Shown piece after piece: positions 38,619-48,823 of a stretch of 64,000 nucleotides of DNA. The stretch lies in IMG/VR virus record IMGVR_UViG_3300045738_002037, positions 32,001-96,000 of that record. One strand, 5' to 3'. How positions within the stretch are numbered: position 1 is the stretch's first letter; each line of letters starts with the position of its first letter. The notes under the pieces were generated by a model. That model worked only from the letters and a program-made list of their open reading frames with translations. It was not told the origin of the DNA and ran no database searches. Origin of the DNA: a virus. A program made the translations under genes and the position numbers.

Positions 38619-39009
38619 CGTTATCCACCTTAGTCGTTCTCATATCATGTTTTAATAAAATATCATGTGTATTTACTCTACCTCTTTTTATAAGCTCATA
38701 ACTAACATGGTAAAGATTTGCTAGACCATGTAAAGCAAAACCATTAATAATTAACGTCCAATCTCTAGACAAAAACGCAACTGCAAAAATAAATGCGACC
38801 CAAACACTGGTACAATATCCACAATTTATTAATTTATCAAAATATATAAACAGTTTTCTTATAAATGTAACCGGCGGCTCATCATCTTTATACGCCACAT
38901 TTTTAATACACGTCCTAGCAGGCGCAAATATTTCAGATGTAGTTATTATTTCAGTTACTCTTTCTACAGCAATAACCAATAATACATAATGTAATATAGT
39001 TTCAAACAT
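38611..39009 (-). CDS. membrane protein, DUF1360-like
   Basis: AVERVTEII...LINCGYCTSVWVA with hydrophobic helices. Confidence 0.75.
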   Translation of the reverse strand: MFETILHYVLLVIAVERVTEIITTSEIFAPARTCIKNVAYKDDEPPVTFIRKLFIYFDKLINCGYCTSVWVAFIFAVAFLSRDWTLIINGFALHGLANLYHVSYELIKRGRVNTHDILLKHDMRTTKVDNDG

Positions 39010-39016
39010 CCCACGC

Positions 39017-39304
39017 CTATTTGGGAATAATATAATTGCAATTGGCGTTTGAACATCTTCTCGCCATTGCTTTATTATTATTTACTATCATAATCGGGTA
39101 TCCGCATTTAGAGCATTTATTAGACGGAGATATCTTTTGTCTTACTACCGATAATTTATTAATAGAGCTATTGCCTAATTGTTTAGTAACTGTGTTTTTA
39201 GGCTTTGAAATATGTTGTACCAACACTGTTTTAGGCGCATTATCTTTAACAATACGCTGTGAACGGACAACCTGTGAACGATTACGACCACCACAACAAG
39301 CCAT
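39017..39304 (-). CDS. small Cys-rich Zn-binding protein
   Basis: MACCGG; CSKC...CSNANC. Confidence 0.7.
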   Translation of the reverse strand: MACCGGRNRSQVVRSQRIVKDNAPKTVLVQHISKPKNTVTKQLGNSSINKLSVVRQKISPSNKCSKCGYPIMIVNNNKAMARRCSNANCNYIIPK

Positions 39305-39349
39305 TATAATCTATGCCTCTTAGAATCATTAGTAAGTTTATCTTCATAT

Positions 39350-39973
39350 TTATATTTGTGGCATAAAGGTAAAATCTGGATTTACATTTTCTTCAAAATC
39401 ACGCCATCTACACATAAACAATGGATCTAATTCAATTTCAACAATCTTTTTATTCTTGGTATGTGAGACGTCGCCAGGTACGGAACCAACGCGACTATAA
39501 TGATCGAATATTATATGCGGAAACCACAAAGTGTTTGCAGTTAACAATATTTTATCGCATTTTGGTTTTAAAATATTTATAGCTTTAGTTGATACAGCTA
39601 CCCAATCATGAGCAGGATTAGGTTTAAAAAACAACATTGGATAACAGTCTTCGCCACTCGTTTCCGTCCTCAGTCGAGCATCATAATTACACTGATGCCA
39701 CCAACTAGTAAACAAGCATATCTCAGGATTCTTAAATAAAGCATCTAAACTAAATCCAACGCCACATTTTGCTTCTACAGCAAAATAAAAATCTTTTCCA
39801 ACTGGTATAACATCAGAAACGCCTTCGACCATCCTGACGGCCTCATCGCGTCCTTCTACTCTACGTCTTCTAAATTGAGTTCCGGACCATTCAGTTAACA
39901 ATTTGGCGATTCTGCGTTCATGATTTTTGGAACGCCGAACGTTAGACTTGCCAATTTTACTCCAATCCGGCAT
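39350..39973 (-). CDS. Holliday junction resolvase-like PD-(D/E)XK nuclease
   Basis: KNHERRIAKLL, SDVI, AVEAK, WWHQC, PMLFFK. Confidence 0.8.
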   Translation of the reverse strand: MPDWSKIGKSNVRRSKNHERRIAKLLTEWSGTQFRRRRVEGRDEAVRMVEGVSDVIPVGKDFYFAVEAKCGVGFSLDALFKNPEICLFTSWWHQCNYDARLRTETSGEDCYPMLFFKPNPAHDWVAVSTKAINILKPKCDKILLTANTLWFPHIIFDHYSRVGSVPGDVSHTKNKKIVEIELDPLFMCRWRDFEENVNPDFTFMPQI

Positions 39974-39974
39974 A

Positions 39975-40571
39975 TTATGACGGGCCTCTTGTGAATTTAT
40001 GCGGAGAGTTTTCGGGCGAACCTGAACTTCCTTCTCCTGAATTTAAGTCACACGGAGAATCATCGCCGAGAGCATCGGAATCGGTAATATATTTAACAGT
40101 CAATGTGTCGCTGTCTGTAATTCCAGTTACTTGATAAGTGTAAGTTGACAGGGTATCATCTGAATCCCCCGCTGTATGATGCACTGCTGTAATCCAGTCC
40201 CCGATTTGTGCATTTACCACTGAAGACCCATAGTTTACCGTATAAGATGGTCCAGATCCTGAACAACTACTTACCGCAACAGCAGCATATATTGTTACCA
40301 AATTCATAGCGCCACGGTCATATGTAACAATACTGTATTGATTAATATGCCCTAAGACATAATCGTCCGCAGCTTCCAATTCTAGATACGATTTAATTGT
40401 AGGATAACTAGCAGAATTGGCTACATCGGCATCTGGTATAACCAAGTGTTGAAGTTCAGCACTTTTCATTTGGTTAATTGTGGTCGTGCCGGATTCTTTG
40501 TCAATACGTATTCCGGTACTGGAATCGACAGAGAACAACCCAAGTTTTACAGCATGTTGAGCCACAGCCAT
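39975..40571 (-). CDS. chimeric protein: copy of the 40583 protein fused to a copy of the 17343 protein
   Basis: Both halves align directly to the two donor ORFs. Confidence 0.85.
   Translation of the reverse strand: MAVAQHAVKLGLFSVDSSTGIRIDKESGTTTINQMKSAELQHLVIPDADVANSASYPTIKSYLELEAADDYVLGHINQYSIVTYDRGAMNLVTIYAAVAVSSCSGSGPSYTVNYGSSVVNAQIGDWITAVHHTAGDSDDTLSTYTYQVTGITDSDTLTVKYITDSDALGDDSPCDLNSGEGSSGSPENSPHKFTRGPS
40003..40297. repeat. dispersed repeat, copy 2 (copy 1 at 17395-17701)
   Basis: Direct nucleotide comparison. Confidence 0.95.
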
Positions 40572-40582
40572 TTTTTCAACTC

Positions 40583-40864
40583 CTACGAAGCATCGTTCAT
40601 AGCACCGCGATCATATGTGACAATCATATATTGATCAAGGTGACCTAGAACAAAATCGTCCACTGCTTCTAATTCTAAATATGATTTTACCGTTGGATAA
40701 CTGGCCGAATTCGCTATACCGGTATCTGGTATAACCAAATGATCATGATTGATGTTTTTCATTTGGTTAATTGTGGTCGTGCCGGATTCTTTGTCAATAC
40801 GTATTCCGGTACTGGAATCGACAGAAAACAAACCTACTCTTACAACATGTATCCCTATCGCCAT
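40583..40864 (-). CDS. small putative virion protein
   Basis: Strong SD; tandem paralog of the N-terminal half of 39975..40571. Confidence 0.7.
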   Translation of the reverse strand: MAIGIHVVRVGLFSVDSSTGIRIDKESGTTTINQMKNINHDHLVIPDTGIANSASYPTVKSYLELEAVDDFVLGHLDQYMIVTYDRGAMNDAS

Positions 40865-40867
40865 TAT

Positions 40868-41713
40868 TCACTCCTTTAAATTACTGAATGGCAAGACTAA
40901 ATCAGCAAAATCTGACATTAGGCCATTGACTTTGTACTTTTGAATGAGTTCCATTATTTTATCTTTGGAGTATGAGGTATTTTCAGCTAATCTTTTTCTT
41001 ATATACAATCTGTTAACAAGCAAAGAAGGACATAAAGACAAATCGATAAGCATTAAATTTAGAACAAATCTTTCTCTACCTTGTATATCTAAAAATTCTT
41101 GAAGACCAGAATGAGATTCTAAAAGAGCCTTACTCTTCTTTGGCCCTATTCCCCTATAGCCATCAACAGTATCTGCTTTATCACCCGTCAATGCTTTTTG
41201 CACTGCCGGATTAACATCAGGAACATCCATTTCTGTATCTTTACTAGGATTGTAAACTTTGCAATTGTTAAACACAAATGGTATTTGGATCATATCACTG
41301 TCTGTTGAAACAATCACAATTTTTTGCGGATGCATCACAGCAGCCGCCGCATATATCATATCGTCCGCTTCCATCTTTTTACGACCATATTGCCTAACAT
41401 TCATACATTTAAAAAATTGCTTAGACATTTCTTGGATTTTAAATAAATCTTCTGATACATCTTCAATATATGCATTGTTATCTCTTCCTTCTTTATAAGT
41501 TTTAAGAATATCCCTACGCCATACTTCCTTTCTGGGTGCATCCCAAAACACATGAACCGAAGATGGTCTGTATTTGTTCATCCAATGCGTATATTGTCGA
41601 AGAAGGGCAACAAAATAATGGCTTTTTATTTGTTTTTTAAAATCATTTCTAACTGCATATACAGCTCTATATAACGCATTTTTGCCATCTATAAAAAGCG
41701 CAATATTGTTCAT
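40868..41713 (-). CDS. 5'-3' exonuclease / flap endonuclease (T4 RNase H-like)
   Basis: IDGKN, VFWD, YKEGR, EADD, STDSDMIQ, GDKADTVDGYRGIGPK. Confidence 0.95.
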   Translation of the reverse strand: MNNIALFIDGKNALYRAVYAVRNDFKKQIKSHYFVALLRQYTHWMNKYRPSSVHVFWDAPRKEVWRRDILKTYKEGRDNNAYIEDVSEDLFKIQEMSKQFFKCMNVRQYGRKKMEADDMIYAAAAVMHPQKIVIVSTDSDMIQIPFVFNNCKVYNPSKDTEMDVPDVNPAVQKALTGDKADTVDGYRGIGPKKSKALLESHSGLQEFLDIQGRERFVLNLMLIDLSLCPSLLVNRLYIRKRLAENTSYSKDKIMELIQKYKVNGLMSDFADLVLPFSNLKE

Positions 41714-41727
41714 ATAAATCTCCATAC

Positions 41728-41758
41728 AAAAACGGCGGGGCCTAAAAAGACCCCGCCG
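41728..41758 (-). terminator. rho-independent terminator after the SSB gene
   Basis: CGGCGGGG...CCCCGCCG-TTTTT. Confidence 0.85.
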
Positions 41759-41780
41759 CTCGATGCTTTAATGACCAGTC

Positions 41781-42923
41781 CTACTCGTCGTCATCTAACT
41801 GACCCAGAAGATCTTCGATCTCCTTATTAGCATCGATATCGTCATCAGCATCATCATCATCAGATGATTTTTCTTTCGCATCAGAATCGGCACTAGAATC
41901 AGCACTAGAATCGGCACTAGAATCGGCACTAGAATCGGCACTAGAATCGGCACTAGAATCGGCACTAGAATCGGCACTAGAATCAGCATCAAAAGGTGCT
42001 TCTTCTGAAAGAGAATCACTAGAAGAATCTTCCAATTCATCTTCTAAAGAGTCATCGCCAGCATTAGAGTCAGACTTTGCAACATCAGTTGACGCTGCTG
42101 CAGTTTCATCCTCATCAAATCCAGAATCGTCGTCATCATCGCCATTGATCATGACAGAAGCCAATTTACTTATTTTATCCAAATCAGGCTCTTCTATTTT
42201 AGTAAACAAGTCAATTCTTTTAGCAAGAACGTCTTTGATTGCTTCTTCATTTGGAGAGCCATCCTTATTCTTGATAATAGCCGTGGTTTCGCCGCCATTT
42301 GGCAGAAATTTACTGGTCTTATAGCTATTGTTTCTACCAGATTTTAATACTTCTAATTGATAACAAAATGCTTTGCTCTCATCAAAGAACACACCATATG
42401 CTTCCGGATCATCAGAATCACCAGCGTCATCCCGCAATAAACACGTTGTCCATTGATCAAAACATGTTTTAGAAGCATTAAAAAATCTTACTTTCCCGCG
42501 TAAATCATCCGGATTGGTTTTTACATTCGGGAAGTAGACATTAACCATATAATATGATTGTGGCATCCATTGTTGGACAATCAACCGCCTTTTGTCGGGA
42601 TTCTTTTCATCCCGCAACAAATCAAACCCAAATGTGCAAATTGGGCAATCATCGCCGCCAAAAATCCGAGGGCACGGATGCGGGCGATCATTTATCCAAT
42701 GATTCCCGTGTGTTGCAAAAAACTGGTCCATACTCTTTATCGCAGAACCACTTTTTGTATCATCGCCTTTCATTAAAGGCGGCAAAATAAAAAGCCGATA
42801 TTTAATCGCCGTTGTGCCATCCTGAGCTTTTTCAGGCTTAAACATATCAGGATCATTAAACTTACCCGACATCGATTTTTGTAACTTCTTACGAATTGCT
42901 TCTACATCATACGCCATTTTCAT
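41781..42923 (-). CDS. single-stranded DNA-binding protein (T4 gp32-like)
   Basis: RLFILPP, HW..., CP...CPIC, YMVNV, SYKTSKF; long acidic tail. Confidence 0.85.
   Translation of the reverse strand: MKMAYDVEAIRKKLQKSMSGKFNDPDMFKPEKAQDGTTAIKYRLFILPPLMKGDDTKSGSAIKSMDQFFATHGNHWINDRPHPCPRIFGGDDCPICTFGFDLLRDEKNPDKRRLIVQQWMPQSYYMVNVYFPNVKTNPDDLRGKVRFFNASKTCFDQWTTCLLRDDAGDSDDPEAYGVFFDESKAFCYQLEVLKSGRNNSYKTSKFLPNGGETTAIIKNKDGSPNEEAIKDVLAKRIDLFTKIEEPDLDKISKLASVMINGDDDDDSGFDEDETAAASTDVAKSDSNAGDDSLEDELEDSSSDSLSEEAPFDADSSADSSADSSADSSADSSADSSADSSADSSADSDAKEKSSDDDDADDDIDANKEIEDLLGQLDDDE
41883..41988. repeat. 12-bp tandem repeat, about 9 copies (DSSA)
   Basis: (AGAATCGGCACT)n. Confidence 0.95.
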
Positions 42924-42937
42924 TACTCCTAAATTTT

Positions 42938-43441
42938 TTAACTTTCTAATCTTTCTTGTCTTTTAAATCCGGCTAATGATCTTAACACTTCTGCTTTAAG
43001 CTTTAATGCTTCTACCATGTGCCACATTTTACCAACATGCTTTTGAATTAATGCAAGCTTTACATCTAATTTCTGTAACTCCTTGTCTTTTTCGGCAATT
43101 GATTTAACTTGTTCAACAGATGGCGGCCTTAAGCCCTCCTTCTTAAATGATTCTAATACTTCTTCAATACATTCCCCTTTTCTTGCTTTAACCTTTCTTT
43201 CTGCAACAGCCACCATTGATTTCATTTCTGAATACAACGCAGCCCAATAGGTATATTGCGCCGGAATATCTTGAAGTTGTTGTTCAAGAATATCATAATC
43301 CACATCAATATCCGGAAGCATATTAACTTCCGTTGACAAACCATTCGGCAAAGTCACTCTAAACTTAAATAGCGTCGAATCCGCCAGTTCTGGCGGCAGA
43401 TATTCGCTGATCCATTTAGGAACTTCACCTTTACTATTCAT
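42938..43441 (-). CDS. UvsY-like recombination mediator
   Basis: Helical; IPAQYTYWA pattern; next to the SSB gene. Confidence 0.6.
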   Translation of the reverse strand: MNSKGEVPKWISEYLPPELADSTLFKFRVTLPNGLSTEVNMLPDIDVDYDILEQQLQDIPAQYTYWAALYSEMKSMVAVAERKVKARKGECIEEVLESFKKEGLRPPSVEQVKSIAEKDKELQKLDVKLALIQKHVGKMWHMVEALKLKAEVLRSLAGFKRQERLES

Positions 43442-43763
43442 TTATCGGAGGACCCCAAGCTGATTTGTCAAACCCTTCTTTCTTTTTTAATACATTCTGA
43501 CTATTTTCGCTAATTATTGGGGCAGAAGACCCAAAAGCATTCCTATCAAATGTGGGTTTTTGCATTTCATTAATCTGACTTACAATTATTTCTTCACGTA
43601 AAGAAGATCTCTTTTTGAATTTATTCCTCACCATTTCTTTTTTACGTTTTTGCTTTCGTCTTACGGATTTAATCGAATCACGTTGCTTTTTTCTATTCCT
43701 CTTTTTATTCTTAAATGTTACTTTTTTCATTTGTGTTTTCCCAACAACTTCCATTTTTTCCAC
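43434..43763 (-). CDS. very basic small protein (likely start 43730)
   Basis: K/R-rich N-terminal half. Confidence 0.6.
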   Translation of the reverse strand: MEKMEVVGKTQMKKVTFKNKKRNRKKQRDSIKSVRRKQKRKKEMVRNKFKKRSSLREEIIVSQINEMQKPTFDRNAFGSSAPIISENSQNVLKKKEGFDKSAWGPPINE

Positions 43764-44923
43764 TTTTTGCCAATACTTATACTTAACGGAAACTTTGGAT
43801 TCTGCTCTAACACACCTTCAAATGGATTTAACATTATTGGAACTACCGTATCTATTATACATCTAATTTTTTTAGGATCATTTTCTGTCACAATTACAAG
43901 AGAGTCATGCACTTCTGCGATCAGTTTATTATCTAAAATTTCCCATATTTTTCTAATGACTAACTGCATAGCATGAACCACAGATCCCTGCATTGCCCCG
44001 TTTAACACAGCCAATTCATTTTTAGCATACTTTCTTTTAAACTTACGTCCTAAAATAGTTTCTAAAGATCCACCGTCTCTTTCGATTCTATCTTTACAAT
44101 TGGATATCCACTCCCCAAGCATGCAATAAACACCGCTAAGAGCCACACTCCTAAAATTCATAGAATTTATTGCCTTTAATAACATCAATTTACACTCGTC
44201 CCTACTTATCTCGCCAGCATGAGTTATTTTATCGCGCATATAAGCATATGGGTCGGATAATTCAAAAGACGATATCAATTCTGAATCATTTGACAATAAA
44301 GAAGCAACCCTAATATCCGCGCTAACCCAATCAAAATGAATAAACACTGAATTTTCACTCGCGCCTACAGCAGCGATGTGGTCTTTACTAGTCGTGCCTT
44401 GAATATTAAAACCAGTAGTCTTGCTTCTCCCAGAATACGTCTTCAATGACCATTTAGGATATCTATGGACAAATCCATGCAATATGCCGTTGTCCTCCAT
44501 ACTTTGATAAACCACAGACGCATTAGCTAATATTTTATGATATTCCTTAACATTAGCCTTTTGCATTTTATCTAAAACAGATCTAACGATAACATTGTCT
44601 TTAGCTTGACTTTTATCAGGCTTTATATCTGGTAAATGAATATCATAAACATTATATTGAGAACGCAATAAAGGCAACTCAAATTGTTTTATATGTGACT
44701 TAAAATCTGATATTACTATCGATTTTTTATTTTTATTGGCTTCTAATATTATTTTCTTTATTTCTTTTCTTGTATCTGCTATTGCACGATAGGTCTTGCC
44801 AGCGCCAGGACGATATAAATCCTTGACAATAGTTTTAGAGCCAGCCCGAATACCGGTACAGCGTGGCCTACCAGATGCAGGATCAAACAAAGTAAAAATA
44901 TATAAATAACGCATGTTAATCAA
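43727..44923 (-). CDS. short, divergent family A DNA polymerase domain
   Basis: SGR, motif A DWVSADIR, motif B RxxCK, NGAMQGS, motif C VHDS. Confidence 0.8.
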   Translation of the reverse strand: MINMRYLYIFTLFDPASGRPRCTGIRAGSKTIVKDLYRPGAGKTYRAIADTRKEIKKIILEANKNKKSIVISDFKSHIKQFELPLLRSQYNVYDIHLPDIKPDKSQAKDNVIVRSVLDKMQKANVKEYHKILANASVVYQSMEDNGILHGFVHRYPKWSLKTYSGRSKTTGFNIQGTTSKDHIAAVGASENSVFIHFDWVSADIRVASLLSNDSELISSFELSDPYAYMRDKITHAGEISRDECKLMLLKAINSMNFRSVALSGVYCMLGEWISNCKDRIERDGGSLETILGRKFKRKYAKNELAVLNGAMQGSVVHAMQLVIRKIWEILDNKLIAEVHDSLVIVTENDPKKIRCIIDTVVPIMLNPFEGVLEQNPKFPLSISIGKKWKKWKLLGKHK

Positions 44924-44959
44924 CAGTTTTATTAATTAAGATACGTTTGGATATTTTCG

Positions 44960-45406
44960 CTAATTATTAGAAGATTTAGGCAGCGACTTCGATGACTTTT
45001 TAGGTGACATATCATAATGTTTCGTTGGAGTTCCGTCTTTCCTACCAGCTTTTTTAAATTGTGCTATTTTATCGTCAACTTCTCCAGGCTCTCGCATGGA
45101 AGCATATGGATCGTCATCTTGTAATTTACATATGTTCATATCACGCCTGACACCTTCTTTATCTAAATAGCCGTCGCCACGAACATATCCAGTATAATCA
45201 TTATGGTTAAACGCTTGTCTTGCATTATGATTATTACATCTTGGGCATGTCGTAGCTTTTTTCTTTTCTTCTTCACCAGCATTCATTGAATGGTAAGTTT
45301 CAAATATTACTTCCCACTCTTCATCATACGTAAGTTCTTCACCTTTTATTTTGGTGGCTTCAGCTTCACAGTCTTTGCAGAAATAATAATAGCTAGGCAT
45401 TTTCAT
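44960..45406 (-). CDS. FmdB-family zinc ribbon regulatory protein
   Basis: MPSYYYFCKDC...FE...SM...CPRC. Confidence 0.8.
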   Translation of the reverse strand: MKMPSYYYFCKDCEAEATKIKGEELTYDEEWEVIFETYHSMNAGEEEKKKATTCPRCNNHNARQAFNHNDYTGYVRGDGYLDKEGVRRDMNICKLQDDDPYASMREPGEVDDKIAQFKKAGRKDGTPTKHYDMSPKKSSKSLPKSSNN

Positions 45407-45839
45407 TTACTACTTCATATGGAACAGGCTGAAGTTTGCAAAAAATAGCTCTTTCGGGAATTATTCTAACCGTCTTTCCAGCATAAACACCACTTTGAGA
45501 ATTTATAGTTGTCACAACTTGATTAGGTTGAAATAACACAACATCACCAACTTTTAACTGAGATGGTGTTCTAGCGCCATTTTGAGCTAACCCAGGACCA
45601 ACGCCTACTACCAATCCTTCCGGCTTAAGTTTAGATTCACCCGGAAGTTCAAGACCACCTTCTAAATTAATTTCAAATTGCAAAATTGCAGCAAAATCAT
45701 TATAACATGGAACTTCTCTGATTTTTATTGGCCCATCTGAAAATATTTCAGTTTCCATTATTAATGGGGACGGCGCTTCACGCGGATTTTTTCCTTCTTC
45801 TCTCTGCATCAACGTTTCACTTTTAGCAACATCAGTCAT
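45393..45839 (-). CDS. groES: co-chaperonin GroES-like protein
   Basis: GGLELP, EGLVVGVGPG, LKVGDVVLF. Confidence 0.85.
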   Translation of the reverse strand: MTDVAKSETLMQREEGKNPREAPSPLIMETEIFSDGPIKIREVPCYNDFAAILQFEINLEGGLELPGESKLKPEGLVVGVGPGLAQNGARTPSQLKVGDVVLFQPNQVVTTINSQSGVYAGKTVRIIPERAIFCKLQPVPYEVVNENA

Positions 45840-46048
45840 TATTTATCTCCTATTGTCAAACAAGCGCAATCTTTTTCAAAATCGCCAGTTAAAAATTTAA
45901 CTCTAGCCCTTCTGCTGGAATTAGCCGACCTCGGAACTTTAATTTGCATCGATGATCCATCAGGACTAATATTAAAACCCGACCTTTGCATTGTTTCCGC
46001 CTGTGCTTTTGTAATATTTGTGTCTATAACTATTCTAATCTTCATCAA
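45839..46048 (-). CDS. hypothetical protein
   Basis: Coupled small ORF. Confidence 0.55.
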   Translation of the reverse strand: MMKIRIVIDTNITKAQAETMQRSGFNISPDGSSMQIKVPRSANSSRRARVKFLTGDFEKDCACLTIGDK

Positions 46049-47379
46049 AGTTGCTCCCTAACTTGCATCTTATTATAATCTATAGTACATGTCACTGTTT
46101 CGTGTTTTGGCCCGTTTCTATTCTTTGCTATAAAGAATCTCAAGCGAGGAGGTTCTGCTTGCCGTTCCTGATCGGTTTGATTTAAACTTATAACATAATC
46201 TAAAGGCATATTTTTACCAAAACTTTCAGCAGTCTTGTTTAAATCAATAAGCTGATCCGTGCCGCTGCCGCTCCTATTAGTTTGAGTAGCAGTGAAAACT
46301 AACACCTGTTCATTTTTGGCAAGCCCACGAACTTCAGTGGCAACATGTTTTTGCCGAGTATAATCATCTTTATTATAATCTTTAATTCTACTAACCATCA
46401 ATTCTAAATAATCCAAAATAATAACGTCCGGCTTCCAACCTTTTGATCTTTTCAAATTATCTACTATAGCATATATGTGATCAACACTACACTCATCGGG
46501 AGGCAACTCATAAATACATAACTGCTTTTTATAGGCATTTTTAGTTTGATTTATTACCCTTTTTGCATAATCTTCATGGCTTTTTACATCATTAATATTA
46601 ACACCGGTCAATGCCCCAACACACCTTAGCGCCGTTTTAATTTTATCCAATTCAAATGTAATCAATAAAACATCCTGCCCAGCTTCGCCATCAGCGCCCA
46701 TACCTTTTATAGACGATATGGCGTTGTTAACAAGCAAAATAGACTTTCCAACATTTGTCGCGGCCATCCAGCAAACGACTTCTCCAGATGACGGCCCACC
46801 ATTGTTCAAAAATTTGTCAAGCTTAGGAAATCCAGTAGTTTTGTGTTCTATAGTATCTTCCATAAATAATATATCAGAATCTTCAAAAAACCACAAACCT
46901 TGATCGCCAACATTTGCTATCTTATGCGCAGAATCAATGATATTTTCAAGTTGAGAATAATCACCGCGATAATATGCGTCTTGCACTTCATCGTGGTATA
47001 TCATCCCATAGGCTTTTCTTTTGGCCCATTTGATCAACGTATCCTTAACAAATGGCACTTCACGCGGATCAGATTTTCTATTGACTACCCTTAATACTTC
47101 TTCAAACGGTTCATCTTCAGTTATCGCTTGCTCTATCTGATCACGTAATATTGGCCTAGTAGGTATTGTATTATGTTTTTCAAACTCATTTAGTATATGA
47201 GCTATTACATATTGAGTTTCAACACGGGTAAACATGGAGGGAGTCATAAATCTCCCCACAGAAGTGAAGAACTCAGGAAAATCCAATGCAAGAGAAACTA
47301 TAGCTTCTTCTTGATATTTCCCAAATTCACCAGATTCGTCGACTTCTTGATTTAAATTATTTAATATACCTGTTACCAT
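46045..47379 (-). CDS. replicative helicase, DnaB/gp41-like
   Basis: TTGFPKLD, AATNVGKS (Walker A), ILDYLE, ATQTNR, AESF, AKNRNG. Confidence 0.93.
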   Translation of the reverse strand: MVTGILNNLNQEVDESGEFGKYQEEAIVSLALDFPEFFTSVGRFMTPSMFTRVETQYVIAHILNEFEKHNTIPTRPILRDQIEQAITEDEPFEEVLRVVNRKSDPREVPFVKDTLIKWAKRKAYGMIYHDEVQDAYYRGDYSQLENIIDSAHKIANVGDQGLWFFEDSDILFMEDTIEHKTTGFPKLDKFLNNGGPSSGEVVCWMAATNVGKSILLVNNAISSIKGMGADGEAGQDVLLITFELDKIKTALRCVGALTGVNINDVKSHEDYAKRVINQTKNAYKKQLCIYELPPDECSVDHIYAIVDNLKRSKGWKPDVIILDYLELMVSRIKDYNKDDYTRQKHVATEVRGLAKNEQVLVFTATQTNRSGSGTDQLIDLNKTAESFGKNMPLDYVISLNQTDQERQAEPPRLRFFIAKNRNGPKHETVTCTIDYNKMQVREQL

Positions 47380-47400
47380 ATTATGACATGCCGCTAATGC

Positions 47401-47736
47401 CTAGCTGGTCGTATCGCATAGAGAACTTTTCTGCAATTGAATGCTTGCAAGTTGCCTCTTTAAATTCTCTTCAGATAAAGTTAATGCATCACATACTGTA
47501 ATTAATTCGTCTTCAGTAAAATACAAAGTCGATTCTGGCGCTAAACCAATCCTATCGCCAAATTGCGCAGGAACTTGAAGACCAGTGGTTTTAACAGCTA
47601 TACCATATAACCAAGCAGAATCGTCGGAGCTAGATCTAACTTCTCCAATCTTTAAGGCTTCAAGAAACCCTAAAGCTGCAGATTCTCTAAGATAAACTAC
47701 ATCATTAACATTAAATATGGGGTTAGTTGTCGGCAT
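47401..47736 (-). CDS. hypothetical protein
   Basis: SH3-like FNVNDVVYL; coiled-coil end. Confidence 0.6.
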   Translation of the reverse strand: MPTTNPIFNVNDVVYLRESAALGFLEALKIGEVRSSSDDSAWLYGIAVKTTGLQVPAQFGDRIGLAPESTLYFTEDELITVCDALTLSEENLKRQLASIQLQKSSLCDTTS

Positions 47737-48823
47737 CTATTTCATCCACATATGAGTCAAGGACATCTTCAATTTCACGTTCAGGCAATGGTGCCGGTTT
47801 TTTATGCATCAATTTATCATATATTTTATCTTTTATTTCTATAGCCATAGCCTCATTATTCTCAAGATACTGTAAAGCATTTACTTTACCATTCCCTAAT
47901 TTTACATCGCCAAACGAATAATGCGATCCTTTTACATCAACAATATTTTCGTCGGCAGCGGCATCTAAAATTGCCGCAAACGTATCAATGCCATAAGTTG
48001 GTCGTTCATCTTTGCCAAAACATATTTCGAATTCTGCTTCTTGAAAAGGAGCGGCAACTTTATTTTTAACAATTTTAACCCTAGTCCTGTTCGCAACAGG
48101 CACAGAGTTGATTTTTAAAGTCCCGATTTTTCTGACATCCATTCGAACAGATGCATAAAATTTGAGCGCTCTGCCACCTGGGGTATCTTCAGGACTACCA
48201 AACATTACACCGATTTTCATTCTTATTTGATTAATGAAAATGACAGTGGTGGCAGTTTTAGCACATTTAGCTTTCAACCTATTCATGGCTTTAGACATTA
48301 ACTGAGCTTGAGCGCCAATGGTAGTGGCTCCCAACTCGCCGTCTAACATCTTTTGCGGAATTAAAGCAGCAACAGAATCCACAACAATCAAATCAATCAA
48401 TCCTGATTCTGCCAACGCTTCAACAATGGTTAACGCCTGCTCGCCGTTATCTGGCTGTGATATTAACAAACGCTCCATGTCAACGCCGATTTTATCGGCC
48501 CACTCAGGGTCCAAGGCATGCTCAGCATCAATAAAAGCGCAAGCGCCAGTTCTTTCTTTATTTTTAAAATAAAACTGCTGACAGCTTGCCACAATTTGTA
48601 ATGAAGTTGTTGTTTTGCCACTACTTTCTGGCCCATATAGTTCAATCAACCGGCCTTGAGGTATCCCGCCAACACCAAGAGCAGCATCAACGGTAATAAT
48701 GCCAGTCGGGAATATATCAACATCAACAATGGCACCTCGGCCAAGCATTATAGCACCAGCTCCATGGTCCTTCTCAATCTGATTCTTCAGATCTTCCAAT
48801 GTCACGTTTTCTTTTTTTGCCAT
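47723..48823 (-). CDS. recA: recombinase RecA
   Basis: GPESSGKTT, FIDAEHALDP, SQPDNGEQAL, VVDSVAAL, INQIRMKIGVMFGSPE, GGRALKFYASVR, KNKVAAPF. Confidence 0.98.
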   Translation of the reverse strand: MAKKENVTLEDLKNQIEKDHGAGAIMLGRGAIVDVDIFPTGIITVDAALGVGGIPQGRLIELYGPESSGKTTTSLQIVASCQQFYFKNKERTGACAFIDAEHALDPEWADKIGVDMERLLISQPDNGEQALTIVEALAESGLIDLIVVDSVAALIPQKMLDGELGATTIGAQAQLMSKAMNRLKAKCAKTATTVIFINQIRMKIGVMFGSPEDTPGGRALKFYASVRMDVRKIGTLKINSVPVANRTRVKIVKNKVAAPFQEAEFEICFGKDERPTYGIDTFAAILDAAADENIVDVKGSHYSFGDVKLGNGKVNALQYLENNEAMAIEIKDKIYDKLMHKKPAPLPEREIEDVLDSYVDEIDADN

